Shown: in pieces, positions 9,643 through 19,201 of the stretch
Numbering within the stretch: the stretch's first letter is position 1
Layout: the number at the start of each line of letters is the position of its first letter
Source of the DNA: Candidatus Arthromitus sp. SFB-rat-Yit
Lineage (GTDB): Bacteria > Bacillota > Clostridia > Clostridiales > Clostridiaceae
Assembly: GCF_000283555.1 (NCBI RefSeq)
Contig: NC_016012.1
Coordinates: 960,001 to 992,000, forward strand
Length of the DNA stretch: 32,000 bases
Direction of reading: 5' to 3'
Program-made: the position numbers and the translations under genes
Notes under the pieces: model-generated
Told to the model about the DNA's origin: nothing
Seen by the model: only the letters and a program-made list of their open reading frames with translations
Databases searched by the model: none

Positions 9643-10266
9643 ATGAATCAAAATAACAAAGAATTTATACAAGATCCTTGGGCAAGAGTAACTACAAGAA
9701 ATGGTCTTGCTGGGGATGAGGTTATATCTTCACTACAAAAATGTATAAGACGTGGACTTGTTGAGGAAGCTTGTAAATTTGCTTACGAAATGTATATAAC
9801 ATCACCCCAAATGGAGGATAAACTTTGGAGAAGACTCATCACTATAACTGTTGAAGATATTGGTATGGGTGACGTTAATGCTCCAATACTAATAAACAAC
9901 TTAAATGAAATGAGAAAAAATTATGCTTACGCTGATGGCGATAGACCAATATTTTTCATACACGCAATCAGATATCTATGTGAGTGCCAAAAAGATCGCT
10001 CAAGTGATTTACTTAAAAATATAATTATAAAGAATTTTGCTATGGGCTTTGTTCCTGAAATTCCAGATTTTGCTTTAGATAAGCACACTATAAGAGGAGC
10101 AAAAATGGGAAGAGATTCATTCCATTTCTTGAATGAAGCAAGTAAAGTAATTCCTCAACTCCCTATAAACAACGACTATAAAGAGCGTTACGAAGAAATA
10201 TTAAAAAAATATAATCCTAATGATGTTTGCGATTCAGCATTTAAATATAATCCTTGGCAGGAATAA
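9643..10266 (+). CDS. Stand-alone MgsA/RarA AAA+ ATPase C-terminal-domain-like protein, lacking the AAA+ core
   Basis: 207-aa complete ORF with RBS (GGGGG region near 9630); SLQKCIRRGLVEEACKFAYEMYITSPQMEDKLWRRLITITVEDIGMGDVNAP and DKHTIRGAKMGRDSFHFLNEASKVIP resemble the RarA/MgsA C-terminal region. No Walker A/B motifs. Confidence 0.75.
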   Translation: MNQNNKEFIQDPWARVTTRNGLAGDEVISSLQKCIRRGLVEEACKFAYEMYITSPQMEDKLWRRLITITVEDIGMGDVNAPILINNLNEMRKNYAYADGDRPIFFIHAIRYLCECQKDRSSDLLKNIIIKNFAMGFVPEIPDFALDKHTIRGAKMGRDSFHFLNEASKVIPQLPINNDYKERYEEILKKYNPNDVCDSAFKYNPWQE

Positions 10267-10289
10267 TAAAACGAAAGGTTTAATGAGAA

Positions 10290-11585
10290 ATGAAATCGAA
10301 TTCAATATTTGAAAAACTAGATAAAACGTTATCACCAATAAGCACAAAAATAGCAAACCAACGTCATTTAAGAGCCGTTTCAACTGGTATGATGCTCACA
10401 CTACCTCTAATTGTAATAGGCTCCCTTTTTCTAATAATAGCAAACCCACCAATAAATCCAGATATAATTGATCCAAATACAACAAATATATTTTTAAAAT
10501 TTCTTCTTTCATGGAAATCGTTTGCAGTAGAAAATTATTCCTTAATCACTACTCCATATGATATGACAATGGGACTTTTAGGTGTTGCATCAGCATTTAC
10601 AATTTCATATGCTTTAGCTAATGAATATAAGATGAAAAGCATAATGTCAGGGCTTATATCAATGTGTGTATATTTTATGGTATCTGCAACTGTAATTGAA
10701 GGAAATATATCGACGGCATTTTTAGGGTCTGACGGGTTATTTGTTGCAATAATCATTGGTCTTTTATCAGTAGAAATAACTAGATTAATAGAAAAAAAGG
10801 GGTTTCAAATTAAAATGCCAGACAGTGTTCCCCCTGCTGTAACATCGTTTATAAATTCAATGTTTCCACTACTTGCAAACATCCTAATCATATATGGAAT
10901 AAACATAATAATAAAAGTTAACTTTAATATGTCAATTCCTCAAGCTATAATGTCTATATTGAATCCTGCTCTTTCTGTCGTAGATAATTTATGGGGATTT
11001 TTATTAATCATGACATTTGGAAATCTATTGTGGATTATAGGCGTTAATGGTACATCAATAATTTTCCCAATTGTATTTACTCTTGGGATAACTAACACTG
11101 GACTCAATGCTGATTTGCTTGCATCAGGTCAAACTCCAAATCTTTTAATGAACCTACAAATGTTTAGAATTACAGTTCTTGGTGGAGCTGGGAATACATT
11201 GGGACTTATAATTTTAATGATGTTTAGTAAATCTGTTCATTTAAAATCATTAGGTAAGCTATCGATTGTTCCAGGAATATGTGGAATCAATGAGCCTATA
11301 ATTTTTGGTGCTCCAATTGTATTTAATACAATGCTCGTTATACCATTTTTATTAACTCCAATAGTTACAGTAAGCATGACATATTTTGCACAAAAAATTG
11401 GATTAATAGGTCTTGGATATTTAGTTGATCCATCATTTACTCCATTCTTTGCTCAAGCTTACTTATCATCACTTGATTTTAGAAATGTTATATTTTCATT
11501 CTTTTTAGTTCTCGTAAGTCTTGTTATATACTATCCGTTCTTCAAAGTTTATGAAAAAAATACACTAATCAAAGAAACTAAATAA
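10290..11585 (+). CDS. PTS lactose/cellobiose-type transporter subunit IIC
   Basis: 431 aa; LEKTLSPISTKIANQRHLRAVSTGMMLTLPLIVIGSLFLIIANPP, WIIGVNGTSI, GGAGNTLGLIILMM, PGICGINEPIIFGAPIVFNTMLVIPFLLTP are characteristic of the CelB/LicC family. Confidence 0.95.
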   Translation: MKSNSIFEKLDKTLSPISTKIANQRHLRAVSTGMMLTLPLIVIGSLFLIIANPPINPDIIDPNTTNIFLKFLLSWKSFAVENYSLITTPYDMTMGLLGVASAFTISYALANEYKMKSIMSGLISMCVYFMVSATVIEGNISTAFLGSDGLFVAIIIGLLSVEITRLIEKKGFQIKMPDSVPPAVTSFINSMFPLLANILIIYGINIIIKVNFNMSIPQAIMSILNPALSVVDNLWGFLLIMTFGNLLWIIGVNGTSIIFPIVFTLGITNTGLNADLLASGQTPNLLMNLQMFRITVLGGAGNTLGLIILMMFSKSVHLKSLGKLSIVPGICGINEPIIFGAPIVFNTMLVIPFLLTPIVTVSMTYFAQKIGLIGLGYLVDPSFTPFFAQAYLSSLDFRNVIFSFFLVLVSLVIYYPFFKVYEKNTLIKETK

Positions 11586-11593
11586 AAACAATT

Positions 11594-11623
11594 AAAAGGC
11601 ATATCAATCTTGATATGCCTTTT
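11594..11623 (+). terminator. Rho-independent terminator of the EIIC gene
   Basis: AAAAGGCATATCAA-tc-TTGATATGCCTTTT followed by atctttttt. Confidence 0.85.
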
Positions 11624-11739
11624 ATCTTTTTAAATAATCTTGCAAATTTTTAGAGTATTTAAATCAAATATCGGGAATAATATTCATGTTTTATGTTCAA
11701 TAATTTTTTTCACATTGTAAATTACAAGGAGTGAGATGA

Positions 11740-13341
11740 ATGAAAGATATGGAAAACAACAATTTATTTCCAATTAGTTTGCTAATAGATCGAATAATTT
11801 CTAAATTTAATCCAACTAATTGCGAAAATTTATATATTATTTATTCGTTTATATTTGACGATAACGATCCTATATATTTAGAAGTTAAAGATGGTTTTTG
11901 TAAAATTTTAAATCATACTCCTTTACATATAAATACAACTATTAGAACAAGTCATAAAATTTGGCAAGAAATTTGTTTAAATAAAGCATCATTAAAAAAT
12001 GCACTAAAAGAAAACCTAATTAAATGTGATGGTGAAATTAAAAATTACATATTGCTATGCAACCTACTTGAAAAAGATTTACCTAATGACATAAAAAATT
12101 CCAATGCATTCTCTATCTCAAAAACTTCATCTAATGAAAACACTTCAAAAAATAAAGAGTTAACCCAAAATCAAAACACCATAACTAAAATCGAAACACC
12201 TTCAAACATAATAACCATAACAGAACCTAATCTTCCAGAAATTGAGGTAGATGAATCTACTATTTCAGATAACAAGACATCCATACTAATCAATACCGTA
12301 CCAAATGATAACATAAAAACAGAAGATAAGAATGCAAATAAAAAATCAATAAAACATCATAAAAAAAGGAAATTCAAGAAAAACATCTTTAGTAAAGATA
12401 AGAAACCTAAAAAGAATAAAACTCCCAAAATAAAATCAAACAACATAAAATATCTTTCAATAAGATCTCTATTAAATGTAATGGTAGCAAATTTTAACCA
12501 CGCTCTTGCAAACGACCTAAACATAACATACAAATTTATATTTGAAAATCCAAAACCAATTTATCTTGTAATTAAAAATAAAACTGCAAAATTACGCTAT
12601 CAATTAAATGACGAAATAAACACTACAATAATATCAAATTATAAAACTTGGTACAAAATAATTTTTAAAAATTTAAAAATCGAAACTGCACTATTGGACG
12701 AAAAAATTAAATGCATTGGGGAAACTAAAAATTTAGAGTTGTTAAACAAATTGTTTAAACATGTCGAAGAAAACAACGAACAAAAAATTACAACTTTAAA
12801 ACTTAATCCCATAATTTGGTTTGTTTTAGCTATAATACCCTGGTTATTTTACTGGACACTTTTACACATTTGTCAACCACTATTCACTTCAACTTTCGCT
12901 GTTTTATACACTACAATTTTTATAACAATCATAAAACCTAGACATTTTAAAAAAATCACAAAACTTGAAGCGTTAACATTAATTATTTTTCCATTTTACA
13001 ATCTATTTAATGTTTTAAATCCAATTGTATTTAACGATATTGTTTCATCATTTTTCCTCAACATAATATTAATTTTAACTCTTTTCATGAGTTCAGGATG
13101 CGAAAAATCAATTATGTCGGAATATTCCGAAATTTCTTATAATTCAGAAATTGCTAAAACAATTCTCTTCAAAAATATAAATAAAAATTTAACAATATTA
13201 TGGTCAATTTTATTTACAATTAGATTCATTTTATCATTAGTTTTAGACACACCTTTGCACACTATATCTTATATATTTATCGGATTTGGGATATTCATTT
13301 CATGGATATATTTGAAATTAAACCTAAATATCAAAGGCTGA
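11740..13341 (+). CDS. Membrane protein with two tandem SCP2 (sterol carrier protein)-like domains and a C-terminal polytopic region
   Basis: 533-aa ORF with AAGGAG RBS. Internal repeat: YIIYSFIFDDNDPIYLEVKDGFCKILN...INTTIRTSHKIWQEI...ALKENLIKCDGEIKNYILLCNLL versus ITYKFIFENPKPIYLVIKNKTAKLRY...INTTIISNYKTWYKI...ALLDEKIKCIGETKNLELLNKLF. The C-terminus has about 5 hydrophobic segments. Confidence 0.7.
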   Translation: MKDMENNNLFPISLLIDRIISKFNPTNCENLYIIYSFIFDDNDPIYLEVKDGFCKILNHTPLHINTTIRTSHKIWQEICLNKASLKNALKENLIKCDGEIKNYILLCNLLEKDLPNDIKNSNAFSISKTSSNENTSKNKELTQNQNTITKIETPSNIITITEPNLPEIEVDESTISDNKTSILINTVPNDNIKTEDKNANKKSIKHHKKRKFKKNIFSKDKKPKKNKTPKIKSNNIKYLSIRSLLNVMVANFNHALANDLNITYKFIFENPKPIYLVIKNKTAKLRYQLNDEINTTIISNYKTWYKIIFKNLKIETALLDEKIKCIGETKNLELLNKLFKHVEENNEQKITTLKLNPIIWFVLAIIPWLFYWTLLHICQPLFTSTFAVLYTTIFITIIKPRHFKKITKLEALTLIIFPFYNLFNVLNPIVFNDIVSSFFLNIILILTLFMSSGCEKSIMSEYSEISYNSEIAKTILFKNINKNLTILWSILFTIRFILSLVLDTPLHTISYIFIGFGIFISWIYLKLNLNIKG

Positions 13342-13362
13342 ATATTTATATATTCAGCCTTT
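13333..13362 (+). terminator. Rho-independent terminator overlapping the stop codon of the SCP2-like gene
   Basis: AAAGGCTGAATA-tttata-TATTCAGCCTTT followed by TTGTTT; the TGA stop (13339-13341) lies inside the stem. Confidence 0.8.
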
Positions 13363-13390
13363 TGTTTACATTTAATTCATTTTTTTGATA

Positions 13391-13419
13391 TTGACTTAAC
13401 AATAAATTTTTTTTATACT
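13391..13419 (+). promoter_or_regulatory. Sigma-A-like promoter with no convincing downstream ORF
   Basis: TTGACT (13391-13396), 17-bp spacer, TATACT (13414-13419); an inverted repeat begins about 6 nt downstream (TATGCAAT-caagtt-ATTGCATA, 13425-13446). Confidence 0.5.
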
Positions 13420-13849
13420 ATATTTATGCAATCAAGTTATTGCATAAAAAATATTACAAAATATCACATAGTAATAGTTTTTTAAGAGTTGGTATTTTAT
13501 TTTATATAGAATTCATTTATAGTATGAATTCTTACATAGTAAATACTCTTTCTATACTTATATCTTTAATTTTAAATACTATAATTGGCATCTTAGTATT
13601 TGAGAATAAAAATATAAGTGTTCCTAATTAATACAATAGGTGATTTTAGCTTAGTATTTATTAATTTGAGTGTTAATTGTTTTGTAGCCTGATTAATATT
13701 CTTGCTTACGGTTTTACTAAGTTTCCCATTTACATATTTAAATAGGACAAGTTAGAGTGTAAGGCTTAATGCTTTATTCCTATTATTATAAATAAATTAT
13801 TAACTCAAAACCGATTGTAGAATAAAAAGTCAATACAATCAAAACAACT

Positions 13850-13876
13850 GGGTATAGGTTTTAAAAATCTATACCC
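13850..13876. terminator. Probable terminator hairpin downstream of sigF
   Basis: GGGTATAG (13850-13857) / CTATACCC (13869-13876), located 15 bp past the sigF stop on the minus strand. The U-tract is weak on minus; a T-run follows on plus. Confidence 0.55.
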
Positions 13877-13891
13877 TACTCTATTTTTTAA

Positions 13892-14653
13892 TCAGTAATC
13901 TTTTAAAATGCCTTTTAACTTTGCTAATATCTTTTTTTCAATACGAGAAACTTGAACTTGACTAATCCCAAGTACAGAAGCTACCTGTATTTGTGTCTTA
14001 TCTTTAAAATATCTAAGCATTATAATTTGCCTACTTTTCTCATCAAGTTTACTTATCATTTCTTTCAATACAAGTCTGTTTAAAATAATAGAATCATCAG
14101 ATGCCTTTTCTTCAATTTTATCAATCAAAAGAATCGGCGATCCATCATCTTGATGCACAGTATCATATAAATACTGTGTACTAGAACAAGAATCTATAGC
14201 TAAAATTATATCTTCAACACTCAACTTAGTGTATTCAGCCAATTCATAAACTGTTGGTTCTCTATTTAGCTCTTTTGTAAGCTCATCACGCTTAAACATT
14301 ATTTTTCTCGATATCCCTTTTACATTTCTGCTAATTTTAACGATACCATCATCTCTTAAAAACCTTTTTATTTCACCCAAGATCATAGGAACAGCATACG
14401 TAGAGAATTTAACATTATACTCACTATTAAAATTTTTAATAGCTTTAATAAGTCCAAGTGCCCCGACTTGGTAAATATCATCGTAGTCGTATCCTCTACC
14501 CAAAAATTTCTTACTTAGTGATGCAACTAATGGTAAATTAACCTCCAAGAGCAAATCTTCAGCTTTTTTATCTCCATTTCTTACTCTCTTTAAAAGTTCA
14601 TCATTTTCATAATGACGTAAAGCATTGCTGAAGACTGAATTTTCATATGCCAT
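13892..14653 (-). CDS. sigF: Sporulation sigma factor SigF
   Basis: 253 aa sigma-70 family protein; NLPLVASLSKKFLGRGYDYDDIYQVGALGLIKAIKNF, FSTYAVPMILGEIKRFLRDDGIVKISR, QIIMLRYFKDKTQIQVASVLGISQVQVSRIEKKIL; directly downstream of spoIIAB. Confidence 0.97.
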   Translation of the reverse strand: MAYENSVFSNALRHYENDELLKRVRNGDKKAEDLLLEVNLPLVASLSKKFLGRGYDYDDIYQVGALGLIKAIKNFNSEYNVKFSTYAVPMILGEIKRFLRDDGIVKISRNVKGISRKIMFKRDELTKELNREPTVYELAEYTKLSVEDIILAIDSCSSTQYLYDTVHQDDGSPILLIDKIEEKASDDSIILNRLVLKEMISKLDEKSRQIIMLRYFKDKTQIQVASVLGISQVQVSRIEKKILAKLKGILKDY

Positions 14654-14665
14654 TATACACTCACC

Positions 14666-15136
14666 TTACTTTTTTATATACTTTACCATTTTAATATGAG
14701 TTCCCTTATCTCTGCTACTATCAACATATAATTCGTCCATAAAACTTTCCATCACTGAAAATCCCATGCCCGAACGTTCAAGATCAGGTCTTGATGTATA
14801 TAGAGGCTCTCTTGCCTGATCAATATTATCAATTCCACATCCATAGTCTATAATACTTATTGTAACTTTATATTTGTCATTGTCATTATTGTCTTCTTCA
14901 TTATCTTCAATACCAACATTAATAACTACATTAGTATTTTTATCTTCATTATAACCATGTATTATAGCGTTAGTAACAGCCTCTGACACTGCAGTTTTAA
15001 CATCGCTAATCTCTTCAAGTGTTGGGTCAAGTTGAGCAATAAATGCAGCGACAGCAACCCTAGCAAAACTTTCATTGCTAGACCTACTGCTTAAAGTTAA
15101 ACTCATACTATTTTGCATACAAATCCCCCTAAGCAT
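14666..15136 (-). CDS. spoIIAB: Anti-sigma F factor SpoIIAB
   Basis: 156-aa serine kinase/HATPase: [60 protein letters not shown]. Confidence 0.97.
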   Translation of the reverse strand: MLRGICMQNSMSLTLSSRSSNESFARVAVAAFIAQLDPTLEEISDVKTAVSEAVTNAIIHGYNEDKNTNVVINVGIEDNEEDNNDNDKYKVTISIIDYGCGIDNIDQAREPLYTSRPDLERSGMGFSVMESFMDELYVDSSRDKGTHIKMVKYIKK

Positions 15137-15473
15137 TATTCATAACCTCTGTTAAATCACTATGTATTTTTACAATTTTATTAATACCCGACAATTCAAT
15201 AACTTTTTTAATTGTTTGATTCAAATTAACTAAAAACACTTGTCCATTCTTAGCTGTTATCTTTTTATGTCTTCCAATTATTATTCCAATGCCTGAACTA
15301 TCCATAAACGAAACATTTTTAAAATCAAAAACTAAATTTTTAGAAGTGGAAGTATCTATGTAGTAATCTATTTTTATCCTTATATATTCAGCTGAATGAT
15401 GATCTAATTCTCCATTAAGATAAGCTACAATAGTATTATTTTGCTCTTCACAAAAAACTTCCAAAAAAAACAT
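15129..15473 (-). CDS. spoIIAA: Anti-anti-sigma factor SpoIIAA
   Basis: STAS domain; [25 protein letters not shown] with the phosphorylatable Ser; overlaps the spoIIAB start by 8 nt. The start may be an internal TTG near 15464. Confidence 0.96.
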   Translation of the reverse strand: MFFLEVFCEEQNNTIVAYLNGELDHHSAEYIRIKIDYYIDTSTSKNLVFDFKNVSFMDSSGIGIIIGRHKKITAKNGQVFLVNLNQTIKKVIELSGINKIVKIHSDLTEVMNNA

Positions 15474-15619
15474 CCTTTCTAAAAAACGAATTTGGGATAT
15501 CTTGAATATGTAAAAATTTTACAATATTATAATAATAAATTCAATATAAAAATGTAAATATTTTCTATATTCTTATAAAAATTCAATATACCAAAATTTT
15601 TATATGCTAAAATCTTATA

Positions 15620-16282
15620 CTACTTTACTAATTGTATAATCTTGATATCATTATTTATCCTATAAACTAAATGATCACTATTTTTCATAACAAGACAAAT
15701 ATCTTCATCATCATAAAGTTTTTTGAAAAGCTTCAATTTATTTTCAACACTCAATAAAAATTTTTCATTTATTGTTTGTATTGGAACATCATTTTTATAT
15801 GTAACAGAATCATTCATCTTATTTAATATAAAGCTCAAAACACTATCCAAATCTTCATTCAATAAATACAAATAAATCTCCATAATACATGAAAGATCTA
15901 TCTCTTCTAAAAGATCTACAAGTTTTATATACAACTTAATATCAAAATTATTTTTAAATTTCATTCCAACTAATATTGAATCGATCTTGAATAAAATATT
16001 TTTAATATCTTTATTACTAAAAATTCCATCGCAAATATTTTTGATATGTTTAATATTAATTGGTTGACTTGTATAATGCACATTTAAATTTAATCTACTA
16101 ACATAACCTTCTATAATTCCAAAAATATTTTTATTAAAATTATTAAAAATCTTATAGAAAACATTCCGAATTTCGTTTAATATAGTCGCCTGGTCAAATG
16201 AGTCTTCTAAATCATTCAATAATTTTATAACATTATAACCATCACCAAATAGGAAAAAATATCTTTCACTACAATATTTCAT
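15620..16282 (-). CDS. Hypothetical protein (220 aa)
   Basis: Intact ORF on the same strand as and upstream of spoIIA; no family recognised. Confidence 0.65.
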   Translation of the reverse strand: MKYCSERYFFLFGDGYNVIKLLNDLEDSFDQATILNEIRNVFYKIFNNFNKNIFGIIEGYVSRLNLNVHYTSQPINIKHIKNICDGIFSNKDIKNILFKIDSILVGMKFKNNFDIKLYIKLVDLLEEIDLSCIMEIYLYLLNEDLDSVLSFILNKMNDSVTYKNDVPIQTINEKFLLSVENKLKLFKKLYDDEDICLVMKNSDHLVYRINNDIKIIQLVK

Positions 16283-16376
16283 CTATTTTTTACTCCTCAT
16301 TATTACAAAATTGTTAACTATTTATTACTATTTTAACACATTGTTAACTTTTCACACAATATATTAAAAACAAAAA

Positions 16377-16394
16377 AACCTCCATTAGGAGGTT
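16377..16394 (-). terminator. Rho-independent terminator of the M28 peptidase / SBP operon
   Basis: Perfect 7-bp stem AACCTCC-atta-GGAGGTT, followed on minus by TTTTTTTG TTTTTAAT; abuts the peptidase stop codon. Confidence 0.85.
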
Positions 16395-17352
16395 AAATAC
16401 CATTTAATATAAACTCTTTGATCAAACTTACATAATTCGTTAAACGCTCTTTTATTCTCTTGTCAAAAAAATTCTCTAGAAAGTTCATATTATCCATTGG
16501 TGTGTGAATTATTCTTCCAAACATTTCGGTCTGTGTACGTCCGTCATTTTCCCCAGCGTTCCAATTTGTCGATTCAAAATATAAAACAGGTATTCCGCTT
16601 TCAAAAAAAGGGTAATAATCGCTTTTGGTATTCGTAAAACTTACATCTTCCCCATCTCTTAAATTAACTTTTATATCTATCTCCATATTTTGAGCAATCT
16701 CCATAAGCTTCTCCAGAAATAAATTATCTGTTTCTTCAATTTTTTCATCTTTATAAACATTATAGACATACATATTATCTCCAGATACTAATGTATCCAA
16801 GTTAATCATGTATTTTATTCTTTCCTTCTCCGAATCACTCAATGACTCTACATAATTATAAGATCCGTGAAGTCCACGCCCCAATAAATTTATCTCTTCC
16901 GCTCCAAAAAATATAAATTTTAAATCATACGGGGTATTGATATCTCGAAAAATTTTGCAAAGTTCTAAGAGTATAGAAATTCCTGAACCATTGTCATCAA
17001 ATGCATTTCCTTCGATACGTCCATCATAATGTGCTCCTAAAATTATAACTTTTGAAGAATCCATACCTTTTTTATTCACTTCGATATTTTCAGTTTCGTG
17101 TCCATCGACATCAAATTTATCTATATTGACCTTATAACCCAAATCTTTCAAAACATTTTTTATGTACTTTCTTGAATTTATTTCACTTTGTGTTAAGAAC
17201 ACTCTATTCCCTATCGATGAAAATTTTAATAAATGTTTGTATGCAATATCTCCATTTATAGCCATTACATTAAACGAATCAAAATTATAAATCAATATTA
17301 ATAGAACTACAACTATATGAATATATTTCTTCAATGCAATATCACCCCTCAT
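16393..17352 (-). CDS. Secreted M28-family metallopeptidase (aminopeptidase-like)
   Basis: Signal-peptide-like N-terminus (LKKYIHIVVVLLILIYNFDSFNVMA). Zn-ligand pattern GAHYD...AFDDNGSG...FFGAEE...NLDTL...HTPMDN. The true start is probably a TTG at about 17331 behind GAGGGGTGAT. Confidence 0.9.
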   Translation of the reverse strand: MRGDIALKKYIHIVVVLLILIYNFDSFNVMAINGDIAYKHLLKFSSIGNRVFLTQSEINSRKYIKNVLKDLGYKVNIDKFDVDGHETENIEVNKKGMDSSKVIILGAHYDGRIEGNAFDDNGSGISILLELCKIFRDINTPYDLKFIFFGAEEINLLGRGLHGSYNYVESLSDSEKERIKYMINLDTLVSGDNMYVYNVYKDEKIEETDNLFLEKLMEIAQNMEIDIKVNLRDGEDVSFTNTKSDYYPFFESGIPVLYFESTNWNAGENDGRTQTEMFGRIIHTPMDNMNFLENFFDKRIKERLTNYVSLIKEFILNGI

Positions 17353-17356
17353 AATA

Positions 17357-19102
17357 CTATTTTCTCAAAATTATTTCGTCATAATAAAATGTTTTAAATA
17401 TGTTAACTGAATTTATTCCAAAAATTCTTCTATTATAAACATCAAATTTCTTACATTGAAACAATGGAATCACAGGCAAATCTTCTTTTAAAATTTCATA
17501 AGCTTCAATATAAAAATCCTTATTTGACTCTATATCAAAATTTCTATTGATATGCGTTAATATTTCATCTAATCTTTGATTCGAATAAAAAATATGATTA
17601 TCCATCCCCGACGTGTGAAAACTTCTATACCAACTACTACCAGAAATAAACCCATCGCTTACTAAAAATAGATCATAATCATTTTTCTTCGAAATAAAAT
17701 CAGAAATATTATAAATATCGAATTCTTCTTTAATCAATGAGATCCCAGCATTTTTCAAATCTAACTCTATTTTTGGATAAATATTCTGACATAGCTTATC
17801 ATTTTTTTGGACAAGAATTTTAAATTGTAAGGCTTTTCCATCTTTTTCAAAAATATCGTACCTATTTTTAATCCATCCTTGCTCATTCAAAACCCTAACT
17901 GCTTCTATTTTGTTAAAAGTATTTTTCACATTATCCTTGTCATAAAAAAATTTATAAAAAATCCTATCAATCGGACTATCTATAACATTTAATTTTAAGT
18001 TTGATACACTTTCCGCAATTTTATTTTTATCTATAGCCAAATTAATGGCTTTCCTAACAGGAATCTCCTTTAACGATTCATTTGAATGATTAATTCCAAT
18101 CGAAACATAGCCATATGAATCAAATATGTATCCATTTAAAAATTGAGCATTCGCTGTTTTTTCGATATTTTCATTATTGAATAAAACATCATACGCTATA
18201 TCAATATCACCTGAAATTAAATTTCTTATGTAATTTTCCTCGTCAACTTTTTTAAAAGTTAATGTTTCAATATCTGTTTTACCTTTATAATAGTTTTCAT
18301 TTGCTTTAAGAATTAAATAATTTTCATCCTCATAACCTAAAAATTTAAATACCCCATTTCCAAAAGGTCTCAAATTTCTTTCAAAAATTTCATTTGCCCT
18401 ACCCTGATAATAATATTGACCATAATACAAATAAGAAAGAGGATAAATATTTAAAAGTCCTATCGTTTGAACGCTTGGATTTTCCACAGTAACTCTAAAA
18501 TTATACTCATCTATAATTTCAATACCTTCAATAAAATCCACCGATCCACTGTTATACTCCCTCCAATTTTTAATATCCAAAGTTTCTCGATCAAAACTTC
18601 CTCTATAATTTGAATCCATCAAAAATTTATATGTAAAATCAACATCCTTCGTAGTGAGCTTCGTTCCATCTTCCCAAACTAAATCTTCTCTAAGCGAAAA
18701 AAAATAAGTCTTTCTATCCTCTGATACTGTTGGAAGTTGTTTCAAAATGTTTGGAAAAAACTCACCATCAAGCCCTGTTTTCATTAAAGGTTCCCAAATA
18801 GCATCAATCACCTGATAATCATAATTAGATTCAATTAAATAAGGATTAAAATTAAACTTGTTTAAATACTTTATCCCAACATTCAATATATCTTGCTTTA
18901 CGATAGCATTATTATTTGAAGAATTAAAATTGCTAGCACTTATGTATAATGTATCTTTATCAAATTTTCCCGATCCTTTATATATGTTATCAACTTGTAT
19001 TTTATTTCCTGTTTCTCCCTTATTAGATTTGCATGATGAAATGAAACAAAAAATCATAAATATACTCAAAATTAAATTAATTTGTCTTATAAATTTCCTC
19101 AT
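17357..19102 (-). CDS. ABC transporter peptide-binding lipoprotein, solute-binding family 5
   Basis: 581 aa; lipobox FISSC; NYQVIDAIWEPLMKTGLDGEFFPNILKQLPTVSEDRKTYFFSLREDLVWEDGTKLTTKDVDFTYKFLMD and VRKAINLAIDKNKIAE are family-5 SBP signatures. Confidence 0.93.
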   Translation of the reverse strand: MRKFIRQINLILSIFMIFCFISSCKSNKGETGNKIQVDNIYKGSGKFDKDTLYISASNFNSSNNNAIVKQDILNVGIKYLNKFNFNPYLIESNYDYQVIDAIWEPLMKTGLDGEFFPNILKQLPTVSEDRKTYFFSLREDLVWEDGTKLTTKDVDFTYKFLMDSNYRGSFDRETLDIKNWREYNSGSVDFIEGIEIIDEYNFRVTVENPSVQTIGLLNIYPLSYLYYGQYYYQGRANEIFERNLRPFGNGVFKFLGYEDENYLILKANENYYKGKTDIETLTFKKVDEENYIRNLISGDIDIAYDVLFNNENIEKTANAQFLNGYIFDSYGYVSIGINHSNESLKEIPVRKAINLAIDKNKIAESVSNLKLNVIDSPIDRIFYKFFYDKDNVKNTFNKIEAVRVLNEQGWIKNRYDIFEKDGKALQFKILVQKNDKLCQNIYPKIELDLKNAGISLIKEEFDIYNISDFISKKNDYDLFLVSDGFISGSSWYRSFHTSGMDNHIFYSNQRLDEILTHINRNFDIESNKDFYIEAYEILKEDLPVIPLFQCKKFDVYNRRIFGINSVNIFKTFYYDEIILRK

Positions 19103-19176
19103 TTATAAATGCCTCCACAATTTGTATTAAATATAGTATTTACAACAAAATTGTAATTTATTTAAAAAATAAAAAA

Positions 19177-19196
19177 GGAGAGGAAAAATCCTCTCC
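19177..19196 (-). terminator. Rho-independent terminator of the DUF4214 paralog P1
   Basis: GGAGAGGA-aaaa-TCCTCTCC, with T-rich TTTTTTATTTTTTAAA following on minus. Confidence 0.9.
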
Positions 19197-19201
19197 AATT
19201 A

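Noticed and set aside
13440-13631. 63-aa ORF MHKKYYKISHSNSF...
   Set aside because: No RBS before any start, overlaps two hairpins; treated as non-coding or unproven leader rather than a CDS.
15474-15600. Possible sigma-H promoter for the spoIIA operon
   Set aside because: Expected biologically, and a GAAT-like -10 is visible on minus, but I could not find a convincing AGGAWWT -35 at the right spacing.
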